Of a stretch of 64,000 nucleotides of DNA, positions 53,791 to 64,000 are shown in pieces; positions within the stretch are counted from its first letter, which is position 1, and every line of letters starts with the position of its first letter. A model generated the notes under the pieces. The model ran no database searches and was not told the DNA's origin. It saw nothing but the letters and a program-made list of their open reading frames with translations. Origin of the DNA: Lama glama (Eukaryota); assembly GCA_028534125.1 (NCBI GenBank), contig CM052817.1, positions 107,510,001 to 107,574,000 on the forward strand, written 5' to 3'. The translations under genes were made by a program, and so were the position numbers.

Positions 53791-54435
53791 TGTTGCCGGT
53801 AGATGTAGCCGGTGTCCAGGGTTTTGTCCTGTCTCAGAAAGAATTCAAAGTCGAGACACAGAGGGTAAGAAGGTAAATTGGGGATTTATTAAGGGATGGA
53901 TAGGACCCTCTCAAGGGGAGAGACCTTAGGTGAGCAGTGGCCCTGAGTTTCTATACAAGTTGGTTACATAGGATATAAAATGAATGGTGGAATAGTCACT
54001 GGGGAGGAAAGGATCTGGGGTCATGTTCCCTGATGTCCATCCCAGCTCCACCTTCCCGAGGGGAGGAGGGACTTTGTCCTTATTTAGTCTGGACTGGAAG
54101 TCTCATGGTATCAGTGCATGATGGGGACTTTTTATCTGCAAGGCTAATTTTATTGAAATGAGGGCATAATGAGATAAAGGTTACATTCAGACACTGGAGA
54201 TTCTTGCCTTTTCTCACCTTTCTTCATGCCTCCAAGGCCCTTGCCACCCCAAAATGTGTGATTTCTTATCAGCCCAGAGGTTCCTGCTTTTCTTTCTCTG
54301 TCCAGAGACCCCTGGTGCTTACATGATGTGTGGTTTCCTGCATTTGGCCTGTGCCCCTCCTTTCTGCCCAATTCCTGCCATTTGGGCTGCATTCCCTTTT
54401 CTCTGCTCACATCTAGCTGTCTGCCTGCTCTGACA
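53791..54435 (-). mobile_element. ERV1-like solo LTR
   Basis: TG...CA; reverse-complement similar to 47845-48390; flanks ctgt and ctat. Confidence 0.88.
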
Positions 54436-54719
54436 CTATGACCATAAGAGGAAGTGGGAACTGATGTCACACATTCAGTCATTCATTCCACCAGCGCGTG
54501 TGGAGTGAACACCAGTGATGTATGTGTAGGCTCTCCGTTAGCTTCTAGACATTCAATGGGAGACAAAGTAGTCTATTTCCTAGCTTCTTGGGGCTTCCAG
54601 GGAGAAGGCAGATATTAAAAAAAAAAAAAAAACCTCACCAACAGGTAAACAAACCTATGTTCTAATAAATGCTGTGAAGAAGCTACAAATGTAAAAACTT
54701 CAGAAGTGATTCTTATTTA

Positions 54720-55290
54720 TATCAGGACCACATAAATACAATCATGGAAATGTCCTCCTTAAACCCCCCAGGTGACTTGCTGCCACACTTAAAATCAAGT
54801 CCAAGGTGCTGATGGATGCACGCAAGGCCCCCCGGCTCTGCGGCAGCTCACCTGCCCAGCCTCCGCCCTTGCTCACGCTCTGGACACGGCTGGGTGCTCT
54901 GTCTGCCCTCACCTTTCCAGGCTGGTTCCTGCCCAGGGCCTCTGCTCCTGTGGTCCTGTCTGCCAGGATGCTCTTCCATGGGTTTTTCATGGCTGGCCTC
55001 TTCTTGACAAGCAGGTCTCAGCACAGTAGCTCCTCTGTGGAAAGTTCTTCCCTGATTACTTGGTTTGAATGGCCCCTTATCCATCTATCTTTTCACCATC
55101 ACATTTCCTGTTTGATTTTCAGACTATTGGACATTCTTGTTTGTGTGTGTGTGTGTGTGTGTGCGCGCGTGCGCATGCACGCTCCTTTGTTGTTTATTTT
55201 CTGTCCCTTCTGCTGGAAGGTATCCTCCACAAGACTAAGTATGAGACCACAACACTGACCCCAGAACCTGGAATCGTGTTTGGTATGTGA
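54720..55290 (+). mobile_element. L2 fragment with (GT)n
   Basis: 'cacacttaaaatcaagtccaag..cctgcccagggcctctgctcctgtgg'. Confidence 0.6.
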
Positions 55291-55947
55291 AAACTTTTAT
55301 TACTCTGTCTAGAACCATCTTTGAGTCACATATGCTAAGTGTAACCAAACCCAGGCCAGTGCTTCCCTAAGGTTTGCCATCCAGCTTGAATCAATAACTA
55401 AGTGGGAAGTTCAGCTACTGATTGATAACCGTTGAGAACTTCTTGGCCAATCTCATGCCTACATTTCAAAAAGATGAAATTAAGGACAGAGCCACTGTAG
55501 AGTTAAATCCACTTAAGGAAAACAGTCTCCAAAGCAAGCGACAAAATTATAGCCTGGTTAGAGCATCTATTCAAACTGCATTTTCCAAGCGAACACACGC
55601 TCCCCCTCTACAGCAGACGCAAGTGGCCCGTGTCGAGTCCTAGTGTGTTTTCCCAGAACTGAGCAAGACATTGCTTCAGAGCTTTATCTTAAGATACAGA
55701 AAAATATTTCATGAGAAAATTCCTGGAGTTCGCTCTCAATCAGGGCATGCTATTTGCTCTAAAAAATGACCCAGTTCTCTATCAATGATTGATATTAAGC
55801 ACAACGACGATGTTTGTTTCTTTTTAATTTCAAAGGCATTTGTGTTAGAGGTCATTCCCCTAATTTAGTATTATATAAAAAAGACTAAACCACACCTGCT
55901 AACATTGTTTTAAGCTATCAGCACACCTGCTGTGAACTTGTAACTGG

Positions 55948-55957
55948 TTGACGTCAA
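55948..55957. promoter_or_regulatory. Palindromic CRE (TTGACGTCAA) next to a MYB-like TAACTG
   Basis: Direct motif match about 300 bp from the CpG island; function untested. Confidence 0.3.
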
Positions 55958-56249
55958 AGCAGAGAAACTAACTTTGGGAAAAAAAAAAAAACAATCTCCA
56001 GTTTCCCTTGGACATCATGACTGTTTTACTTGATCCGAGTATTTTTAGAAGACTGAAGAAGAAACAGTGAGTTAATGTCTTACAAAGAATTAAAAAAAAA
56101 TCTTCAAAGCCAAATCAGAATAGAAAACGAAGGAGAAAATAAATCCCTCTATAGTTTAAAACCTTCATACGTAACTTGCTGTACACACATGAATAACCGG
56201 TAGAAAAGACTCTTGGGTTCACGAGGGTCCGCACTGACTGTTTCTCTCT

Positions 56250-56530
56250 TCCTCTTAAAGTGGGAAGGAGTAACGCCCGCTTCCTGTCGCGGTGGAGGGA
56301 GGGCTCACCCAGGCCCCCTCCCCAGGGTCTCTATACCCCAGAAAAGCGCATGCCCAGCGGGGACGGCTCCCCTTGTCGGCTTCAGACACCCCAGCAGCCA
56401 CGCCGGGGCGGGGCCTCGGGCAGTCGCCACGCCCTTACGGGGGGCAGGCCGGGGCCCTGGGGTCGGCGTCCTTCGGCCCGAGGGGGCGCCGGCTTGGTCT
56501 TGATCGGCTGCCGCTGGGGCGCTGGGCAGA
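56250..56530. promoter_or_regulatory. Small CpG island, probable bidirectional promoter
   Basis: About 25 CpGs in ~260 bp; GC box GGGGCGGGGC at 56405-56414, ETS-like CTTCCTG ~56280, NRF1-like GCGCATGC at 56346; lies between two divergent gene relics. Confidence 0.75.
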
Positions 56531-57639
56531 CAGGGCTCTGGGAGGAGGAAGCAGCTTTGCCCGAGGACCCTTCCACGTGGATTCAGGAGGGTGGGGAGGA
56601 GGCGGAGGGGCACAGCATGACAAGAAGCTGGCAGGGTTCTCCACGTGAGAAATACGTGCCCCAATTATGAGGAATTCCAGCAACTGGGGCGGTTCTCAGT
56701 AACTTCTGCTTAGGGAAGATCTTGGTTATAGGATCGAAAGAAGTTATTTTGTTTACCACGAGAATATCACATCTATATTCTAACTAAGCGCGTATCTGGC
56801 GTAAGGATAGACAGTTTACTCTTCCCCCCAAATAAGATTTTACCAGGAACAAAGAAGAGGGTGCTAAAGGGAAACAAAGCATCATGGGGTCCCTTCTCCG
56901 GCACCTCCTACCTGGGAACTGACAAGGTAAGGTCCGCTCGAGAAGCGGCCTTATTGCTAACAATGCTGCTTCACCACCGCCTCTTTCTCTTCTCTCCGTG
57001 TACGGAAGCCAGCAGGTCGTGGACAACATTTTGATTGCTGTGACCGACGGAGCAGATGCGAGAAATCGTTTTCAAGTGTCCATATATAAAAATTACAGAA
57101 ACAAACAGAACCACAGCAAAACCCCCAAACCTTTAAATGGATACTTGAGCTTCAAAGGAAAGGGAATCACCGGGTAAATTAAGGAAGATGGACTTCAAAG
57201 CCAGGTCAGTGATCAAGATGAGACCTAAGGGTCTGCTCAGGAAGTCATGGCTAGAAGTGGGCGAGGGCTGGAGCCCCACACAACTCAGGGCACCAAGATG
57301 AAAAATTAGCACGAAGTTGGTCCTAGACTTGTGAAACCCACCCGGCCCTCGGAAGGAGAAAGCTCAAAAATTACTCTTGAAATTCTCCCACAGCGCAGGG
57401 GACCGGAACTGCTTTGGAAAGTGAACTCCTCCCTATTATACAGTAAAAATGACAAACAACAAGCAGAAACCAGTGACATGAACAAGAACCAGAAAATACA
57501 ATAAATGGGAGTGTTCGCATGCATAAATATTGTAGACGTAAAAGCATCTGAGGGACCGTGGGGCAACAACCAGGCATCTAGAAGACAGCAGGTAACTTTG
57601 GAAACAAACCAAAAAAAAAAAATTACTAAAAATAGTAAC

Positions 57640-58200
57640 ATTTACAGAGACTGAGTTTTAAACACACAACTTAAAGTGTGAACAGCGGAATCATTGAATT
57701 GAAAAAGTTAATTGAAAGGTTAATTTAAAAAAAAAGCACAGAGAAAAATTAAGCCTAGAGGTAAAGAGAGAAAAAAAATATGGAAGGGGCACTAAGATTT
57801 ACAGAGGAGAAAACAAAACAGTCCGATGACATATGCATAAAATTCCAGGAAAAAAGGACCAAGAGAAAAGGACAAGGGGTGGTATTAGAAGACAGGGTGG
57901 CTGAGAACTTCCTAGAATCGAAGACAGTTCTTGGGTTGAAGGAGTACGCCCAGATCTAACAGGAAAGAGAAAAATAAATTATATCTAGCAAAACCACAGG
58001 GAAATTGCAGAGTCAAATAAGAGGAGGAAAAACTTTGTCTGCCAGAGAGAAAAGCCAGCTAACTCATAAAAGAAGGATGATTAAACTGGCAACGGATTTC
58101 TCAGCAGCTGCAGGCAAGGCGACAAATGAAGGAAATGCGTTCAGATGTCAGAACTGTTGTTCACCTAGAATTCTATACGGCTACACTCTAACCATAAGGC
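57640..58200 (+). mobile_element. Old L1 ORF1 remnant
   Basis: Peptide IKLATDFSAA....CSPRILY matches the ORF1 C-terminal domain. Confidence 0.75.
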
Positions 58201-58796
58201 ATGTTCATCTACCCACACGCGCAATTAGCAACGGTGACCGCTGTGTAAAGCATCAGCTTATGCAACCTTAAACAAGCAGACAAGAAAAGTTGTACCTCCA
58301 GGGGAGTTTCGAATTTTAAACAGCACAATGTAGATCCCCAGCTAGGAACTCTAATCCCACCTGGGCTGGGGATGGTCACAGACTCCCCCGCATCCCTGGT
58401 GATGAAGCAAAGCGTTGCCCCAGTCCAGCTGCAGAGTTGACCTCTTCTTACACAGGTGGAGGAAAAAGATCTGAAGCAAATGTTTTATACAGATACCTAT
58501 AACAATTAATAATTATTTTATACATAATAAAATATATGATGTATTATGATATAAGATACATCATTTATAAAATATGACAACCATAAATAAATAATAAACT
58601 TGGTTCATTTTAGACCTTTTATTTATAGGTCAAGTGCTATTAAATTGACAGGGTCTCAGATTTGCTAGTGTGCACTTATTTCTCCTCATACTTAACTATA
58701 TTTTTCAACAGGTGATATCTTAACAGGGTCCATAGTTACTACCACATTTTTGTTATTGTTTAGACTGGTCAATGGATGGAAAGATAAAAATTTCTT

Positions 58797-59227
58797 TTTT
58801 TTAATTGAAATATAGTTGATTTACAATTTTGTGTTAGTTTCTGATGTACAGCATAGTGGCTTATACACATATATTCTTTTTATTATAGGTTATTATGTGA
58901 TATTTAATATAGTTCCTTGTGCTATATAATAGGTCCTAATTGTTTATCTGTTCTTTTTATAGTAGTGTGTATCTGCTAATCCCAAACTCCCAATTTAATC
59001 CCCCTTTTCCCCTTTGGTAGCCGTAAGTTTGTTTTCTATGTCTATGAGTCTGTTTCTATTTCATAAATAAGTTCATTTGTGTCATATTTTAGATTCCACA
59101 TGTAAGTGTTATCATATGACATTTGTCTCTGTCTGACTGACTTCACTTAGTATGATAATCTCTAGGTTCATCCATGTTGCTGCAAATGGCACTATTTCAT
59201 TCCTTTTTAATGGCTGAATAGTATTCC

Positions 59228-59272
<45 letters not shown>

Positions 59273-59288
59273 CACATCTTTATCCAAC
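58797..59288 (-). mobile_element. 5'-truncated L1 with (GT)n and 11-bp TSD
   Basis: aaaaatttctt at 58786-58796 and 59289-59299. Confidence 0.9.
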
Positions 59289-60854
59289 AAAAATTTCTTG
59301 ATAAGAATGTTGAGATTGGCAAAGCTTCTACTTTCCAGGCATATTTAAACTTCTTTCAAAGAAATTAAATTTTTCCTTAAAAATGGTTACATTTTTATCC
59401 TCTTAGGAAATCACAATGGTGATTAATTGCTATTGTTTTTTAATTCATTATGTTATAAAAATGTCACTGAATAGTCTTTAGCTGAGATATTTGACTTTAT
59501 TTATATCTCAAAAGAAGTAAGTTGCTTAATTCTTAACAAAACTTTACAGATGGGCTCAAACTTCAGATACCCTCTCATTTGGCCTAATCTCTTTTTTCAA
59601 ACAAAAGGAATATCCTGTTTTTTTAAGTATCAAAGAAGTGTCTTTGGAAAGAAAATTTTCTGTAAAGTTTCAAATAAATCCCCAGTCCTTCTAAGGCCTC
59701 TTCCTGGCATTCATAAGGAAATTACCTTTCACGATACTAGACTAGGAGAATTCTGCTTGTGGACTAATTTTAGAAGATCTTGTACCTTTCTCAGGAAATT
59801 AGAGTTGTATTTGGAGTACTTGCTGCAGTAATGCGCTAGTGTAATTTTTTTGAGGATAATGAGAGAAGGCAGTGGAATGATTTGACCTGGTACATCTGTA
59901 CATCAGTATCAGAGCAGCCTCCAGACTCTTCCTGGGCTCAGATCTCCACTGAGTTCCTGAGACAAACTGTTACTTCTCTTGTGAGTACAGCTGGGGGTTT
60001 CAGGATTCCACAGCAACAGATTCAGTGCCATTTACAGAGTGAATTTTTCCATCTTGTGCTCTCTGTCTCACACAGAGAAAGATGTGGGCACCTCGTCTCT
60101 AGGTGGTTTGACCATTTGTGTTTGGAAATGCATTTCATTTTAGGCCAAGGATGCAGTAATATTGTGAAAATAAAACAGCATTATTTCTCACATCTGGTTT
60201 GATGTGTGTATTTTAATCAGTTTTTAAAGCCATTGCCTTTTCTCTGTGTGGAAGAGGTTTCAGAGTTTGTTAAGCACGCATTCCTCTAAAAACTGAAACT
60301 AATTTTAGCCCTGAAGAATTTCATGGAAGTAAATTTGGTATCTTCAATACATTTGTGAAACCTAATAAAATTCACATTTAAATTGGTACGGTGTTTTGAA
60401 ATCTTTCTCCTCCTTGATTGAATTGAAACTATTTTCTACTAAGCCTCAAAAACAAACTAACAAACAAAGAAACAAACAAATTAAGCAAACCCTGGGAGAA
60501 TGGAAGTAGCAAGTTCGTACAATGGCTTCCCAGGTCTTGATTATAATGCACTTTGTCATTTAATAGTTCTCTTAAAATAGAATAATTAAGAAGTCTGGGT
60601 TATGTGATAGAATATGAGAAACTTTAGCAAAACCTTGACTATCATGTCGCAGGAAATGTTGCATTGCAAATCAGCACAAGGATTTGACAAGAGCCCTCCT
60701 ACCCCTGAACCCCACCACCACCACCGTGGCCCCACTGCCAGGGTGATGGAACACGACCCTTTACCCTCACCACTTCTGCTGCACCACTGGAGACTAGAAG
60801 CAAGATACCCTTTATACTCCTTTTCTCATGTTTCTCTTCCCTGCAGATTACCAG

Positions 60855-60978
60855 GTTGCTTGTTTGTTTGTTTGACTTTTTTTTCCCTCTAATTGAAGTG
60901 TAGTTGATTTCCAATGTTGTGTTAGTGTCATGCATACAGCAAAGTGACTCAGTGATGCATATACGTATATTGTTTTTA
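60855..60978 (-). mobile_element. Short L1 3' tail
   Basis: 'aattgaagtgtagttgatttccaatgttgtgttagtgtc..acagcaaagtgactcag'. Confidence 0.8.
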
Positions 60979-61366
60979 TGACCTGTGTTCCGTAAATGTT
61001 CAGGATCTGTGGGTCAAGAGCTGACTTCTTTTTCTGGAAGGATTATTTTACATGGAATCCTCAGGATATGGTCTGTTTCTCTAAATTCTACTCTAGATTA
61101 AAAACAAAACTCATGTACTTACCTTTAAAAAAAGATCCACAAACGTCCAAAAAGAAGACCTTAAAAATATTTCAACTTTATGAAACTTATGATACTCAAA
61201 CTTTCTTATTTAAAATGTTTAACTCCCCAGATACCTGTCAAAACTACGACAGGTATACATTTACAGTGACTTCGATCCATTCATTCCACCGGTTTTGCCA
61301 AAAAAGGTGGAAAACAACTTGGCATTCCCTTTCTGAGTGGTTTATACTTACTACAGGATTATTCAA

Positions 61367-61860
61367 CATAAGAACTTACAAATCAGAAATAGACTCACGG
61401 ACGTAGAAAACAAACTTATGGTTACCAAAGGGGAAAGGGTGGGGAATTAATTAGGAGTTTGGGATTAACAGATACACACTACTGTATACAAAATAGATAA
61501 ACAACAAAGATCTACGTACAGCACAGGGAACTATATTCAATTTCTTGTAACAATGTATAATGGAAAAGAATATGAAAAATAATATATATATTCTGAAAAT
61601 ATATGTGTATCTGAATCATTCTGCTGTATACCTAAAACTAATACAATCTTGTAAATCAACTGTAATTCAGTAAAAAAGGAATAGAAAATCCAGAAATAAA
61701 CCCATGCATTTACGACCAATTAATCTATGACAAAGGAGGCAAGAATATACAATGGAGAAAAGAAGGTTTCTTTGACAAGTGGTGCTGGGAAAACTGGACC
61801 GCTACATGTAAATCAATGAAATTAAAACTTTCTGCAATACTATACACAAAATAAACTATT
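61367..61860 (+). mobile_element. L1 3' end (to ~61680) followed by an L1 ORF2 fragment
   Basis: 'acaaacttatggttaccaaagggg..' then 'ccagaaataaaccc..tgacaaaggaggcaagaatatacaatgg'. Confidence 0.85.
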
Positions 61861-62352
61861 GCTTTGCAACAAACCCAAACTAAGTAACTTCTAGAGTAAT
61901 GTGTTATTTCCAGATTTCCTGTGGATGGGCTGGGAGATTCTTCTGTTGGCATCATCTGCAGTCATGCAGGCACTGGAGGGGAGGACCACTGAGGTGGCTG
62001 CACTGCTCTGTTTACTTGCCTTAATCCTCAAGGAGGCTGGACCAGGCTTTCGCTGTGGGGCAGGTGCCACTGCACACACGCTTACCTGCCCTCTGACTGT
62101 AGCCGTTCCTTTGTCGAGGTCTCATGGCTTTGGGTAGTGCGAGGAGAGGTCTGGTGGGGCCACTAATGTAACAGTCAGCCACAGACAGTACAGTAGGTGA
62201 CGGTTTTGGATCAAGGTTAAATTTTACCAATACGTTAACCATATTGTTGTGAAGCACAACATTCTAGCCTTAAGCAAAAAAGGCTGAAGTAGTTAAAGAT
62301 AGTGTGACATGATTTGTGTCATGATGAGTGGAATGTACTTTCGGATACTCTG

Positions 62353-62425
62353 GGGAGAGAGGGAAGGAGGGAAGGAGGGAAGTGGGAGGGAGGAGGGGGA
62401 GGAGGAAGGAGGGAGGGAGAGGAAG
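62353..62425 (+). repeat. (GGA/GGGA)-rich purine tract
   Basis: Nearly pure G/A sequence. Confidence 0.8.
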
Positions 62426-62713
62426 CCAAGGGACCAAAATGGCAGCAAGTGTTGGATGAGGGGGACGTAAGCGTCTATGTTACTATTTGTTCAAATTTTC
62501 AAACCTGGGTTTGTTGTCCAGATGCTCAGCAGGTTTGAAATTTTGCAAAACAAAACTTGGTAGAGTCCGTGAGCGCCCCTGGTAAGCTTGTGAAGAGCCA
62601 ATCTGCCCCTCCTCCGCCTTTGAGATCCTGGATCCTGTAGGTCTGGGATCAGCCTGTGTAACAAGGACTGAACTGACTCTACTAGTCCATGGTCCACATT
62701 TTTTGAAACATTA

Positions 62714-63308
62714 AGTTGCTGGAGAGTAGTTCTTGTTGCAGAGAGAATTCAGAGACAAGACATGGAGGTAAGAAAGTAAAGTGAAGGTTTATTAAGAGAT
62801 AGGATGCTCTCAAGGGGAACGCAGGTGGACTGAGGTGCGTAGCTGCCCTGAGTTTCTTTAACAAGCTGGTTACATAGAGTGTAAAAATGAATGGGCAGAA
62901 TACTCATTAGGGAGGGAGGGGTTTGGGCTCACATTCCATGATGTTCAACCCAACTCCACCTTCCCAAGGGGACGAGGGATTTTTGTCCTTATTTAGTCTG
63001 GATCAGATGTGTCATGGCCTCAGTGCATGATGGGCACTTCTAATCTGCAAGGCTAATTTTACAGTAATGAGGGCATAATAAGCAAAAGGCTACATTCGGA
63101 CACTGGAGATTCCTGCCTTTTCCCACCTTTCTTTGTCAGCCTCCAGGACACTTGTCACCCCAAAGTAATTGGTATCTTATCAGCCCAGAGGTTCCTGCTT
63201 TCCTCTGTCTACCCAGGGACCCCCATTATTTACAAGATTGCAGTTTCCTGCCGTTTGGCCCATGCCCCTCTTTTTCTGTTCACATCTAGCTAGCTGCCTT
63301 TTCAAACA
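62714..63308 (-). mobile_element. ERV1-like solo LTR
   Basis: Extended similarity to 53791-54435 in the same orientation; ends in CA. Confidence 0.88.
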
Positions 63309-63329
63309 GTAACCATCACCAAAACAACA

Positions 63330-63850
63330 TAAAAAATAAACTGGGAAAAATGTTCATCAAAAATTATAACACAGACAAAGGAACTAATTCCTTTGCTACA
63401 CAAAGAATCCTCCAAATTACAATTTTAAGTCTCGAACCATCCTAGAAAACATTGTCAGCAGGAGCAAGAAGAAAGGTCACAGGGAAGGAATACCAATTGC
63501 TGGCACACAGGGAGACAACTGATCAGCTCTGCCCACGTGTTAATGAGCACTCAGACACGCTTAGACACTAGTGCCATTTTAACCACATTGCATCTGGAAA
63601 GGATTAAGAATCAGATAAAAATCATTTTGGCAAGTATGTGGAGAACCTCAGCAGGGTTAAAATTCAGTTATAACTTTTTGCAGAGCGTTATGGAAATACT
63701 TATCAAACTTGTAAGTGTGTATCTGTCTCATGATTCAATTATTCTACTGGGACTATGCCTTGTACACATACACACATAAGCGCCTAAAACATATATGCAA
63801 AGGTACTAATGTTGGCATTGTATTTATCTTTTTGTAACAAACACAGGAAA
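63330..63850 (+). mobile_element. Very old L1 fragment
   Basis: 'aaactgggaaaaatgttc..acagacaaaggaactaattcc'. Confidence 0.55.
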
Positions 63851-64000
63851 TACTCTCTAAGACCCTGCGTTCGCGTGTGTGAGAAGGCTAGAAATTGAGA
63901 AACTGGGCGAGAGAATGAAAGAATGAATTAAGGTGCTATTTAGTTTTTAGTTTCATATTTTTGTTTTTTAATTGGTTTCCAAGAAACTTGTTTTTTTGAT

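Larger units (their letters stand above)
6483..56130 (-). pseudogene. Candidate unitary pseudogene: multi-exon relic of an RGS22/RGSL1-family gene
   Basis: Collinear minus-strand relic segments, many with AG/GT boundaries: FEDFF(N) ~56110; RIK*N..QGKLEIV ~56040-55990; KWI-(52 nt)-RLAKKFSTV 55517-55428; FLKNTPEHFWL 23304-23272; NFNFWHEASR 14259-14230; LDLFRSL*RYHE..LEMFK..**QLFLST 8639-8322; ILIKAFLSRG..RLHIPRDIKE 6775-6663. Many stops and frameshifts. Family match is against remembered RGS22/RGSL1 sequences. Confidence 0.55.
56884..62148 (+). pseudogene. Candidate unitary pseudogene: cytochrome P450 relic, CYP16-like (exons 1-4; heme-binding exon not seen in window)
   Basis: Ex1 56884-56926 M-G-S-L-(fs)-GTSYLGTDK|GTAAGG. 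Ex2 59550-~59996 KYQRSVF..NKSPVLL..GIHKEI..LY..RLFLGSDL..TSLVST. Ex3 ~60978-61070 VP(L)NV..LWVKS..KDY. Ex4 61914-62148 I-helix remnant H-L-L-F-T..ALILK and K-helix EVSWLW (ExxR with R CGG>TGG). Many stops and frameshifts; family call from memory. Confidence 0.6.

Noticed and set aside
56213..56683. Overlapping 64-136 aa ORFs at the CpG island
   Set aside because: Expected from stop-codon scarcity in GC-rich DNA; no recognisable protein
59550..59831. Standalone 93-aa protein starting at ATG 59550
   Set aside because: The ATG immediately follows a splice acceptor, so it is better read as the start of relic P450 exon 2
53791..63308. Full-length provirus between two same-orientation LTRs about 8.3 kb apart
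   Set aside because: The interior holds L2, L1, the CpG island and gene relics, with no gag/pol/env or primer-binding site seen; the outer flanks do not form a shared TSD

Overview
Mammalian genomic DNA, most likely camelid (three tRNA-Ala-derived SINEs resemble the camelid Vic-1 family), with a 500-N gap at 7065-7564. Much of the window is interspersed repeat: L1 fragments of several ages, L2, MIR, MaLR and ERV1-like solo LTRs, and hAT and Tigger MITEs. I find no intact protein-coding gene, and most long ORF-track calls are L1 remnants or N-runs. The main discovery is two heavily decayed multi-exon genes arranged head-to-head around one small CpG island at about 56.3 kb. The + strand relic (56884 to at least 62148) is a cytochrome P450 whose residual motifs look like the CYP16 family, generally regarded as absent from mammals. 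The - strand relic (about 56.1 kb to about 6.5 kb) resembles the RGS22/RGSL1 multi-RGS-domain family. Both assignments come from manual, frameshift-tolerant translation compared with sequences recalled from memory, so they need confirming by translated homology search. Repeat boundaries and subfamily names are approximate.
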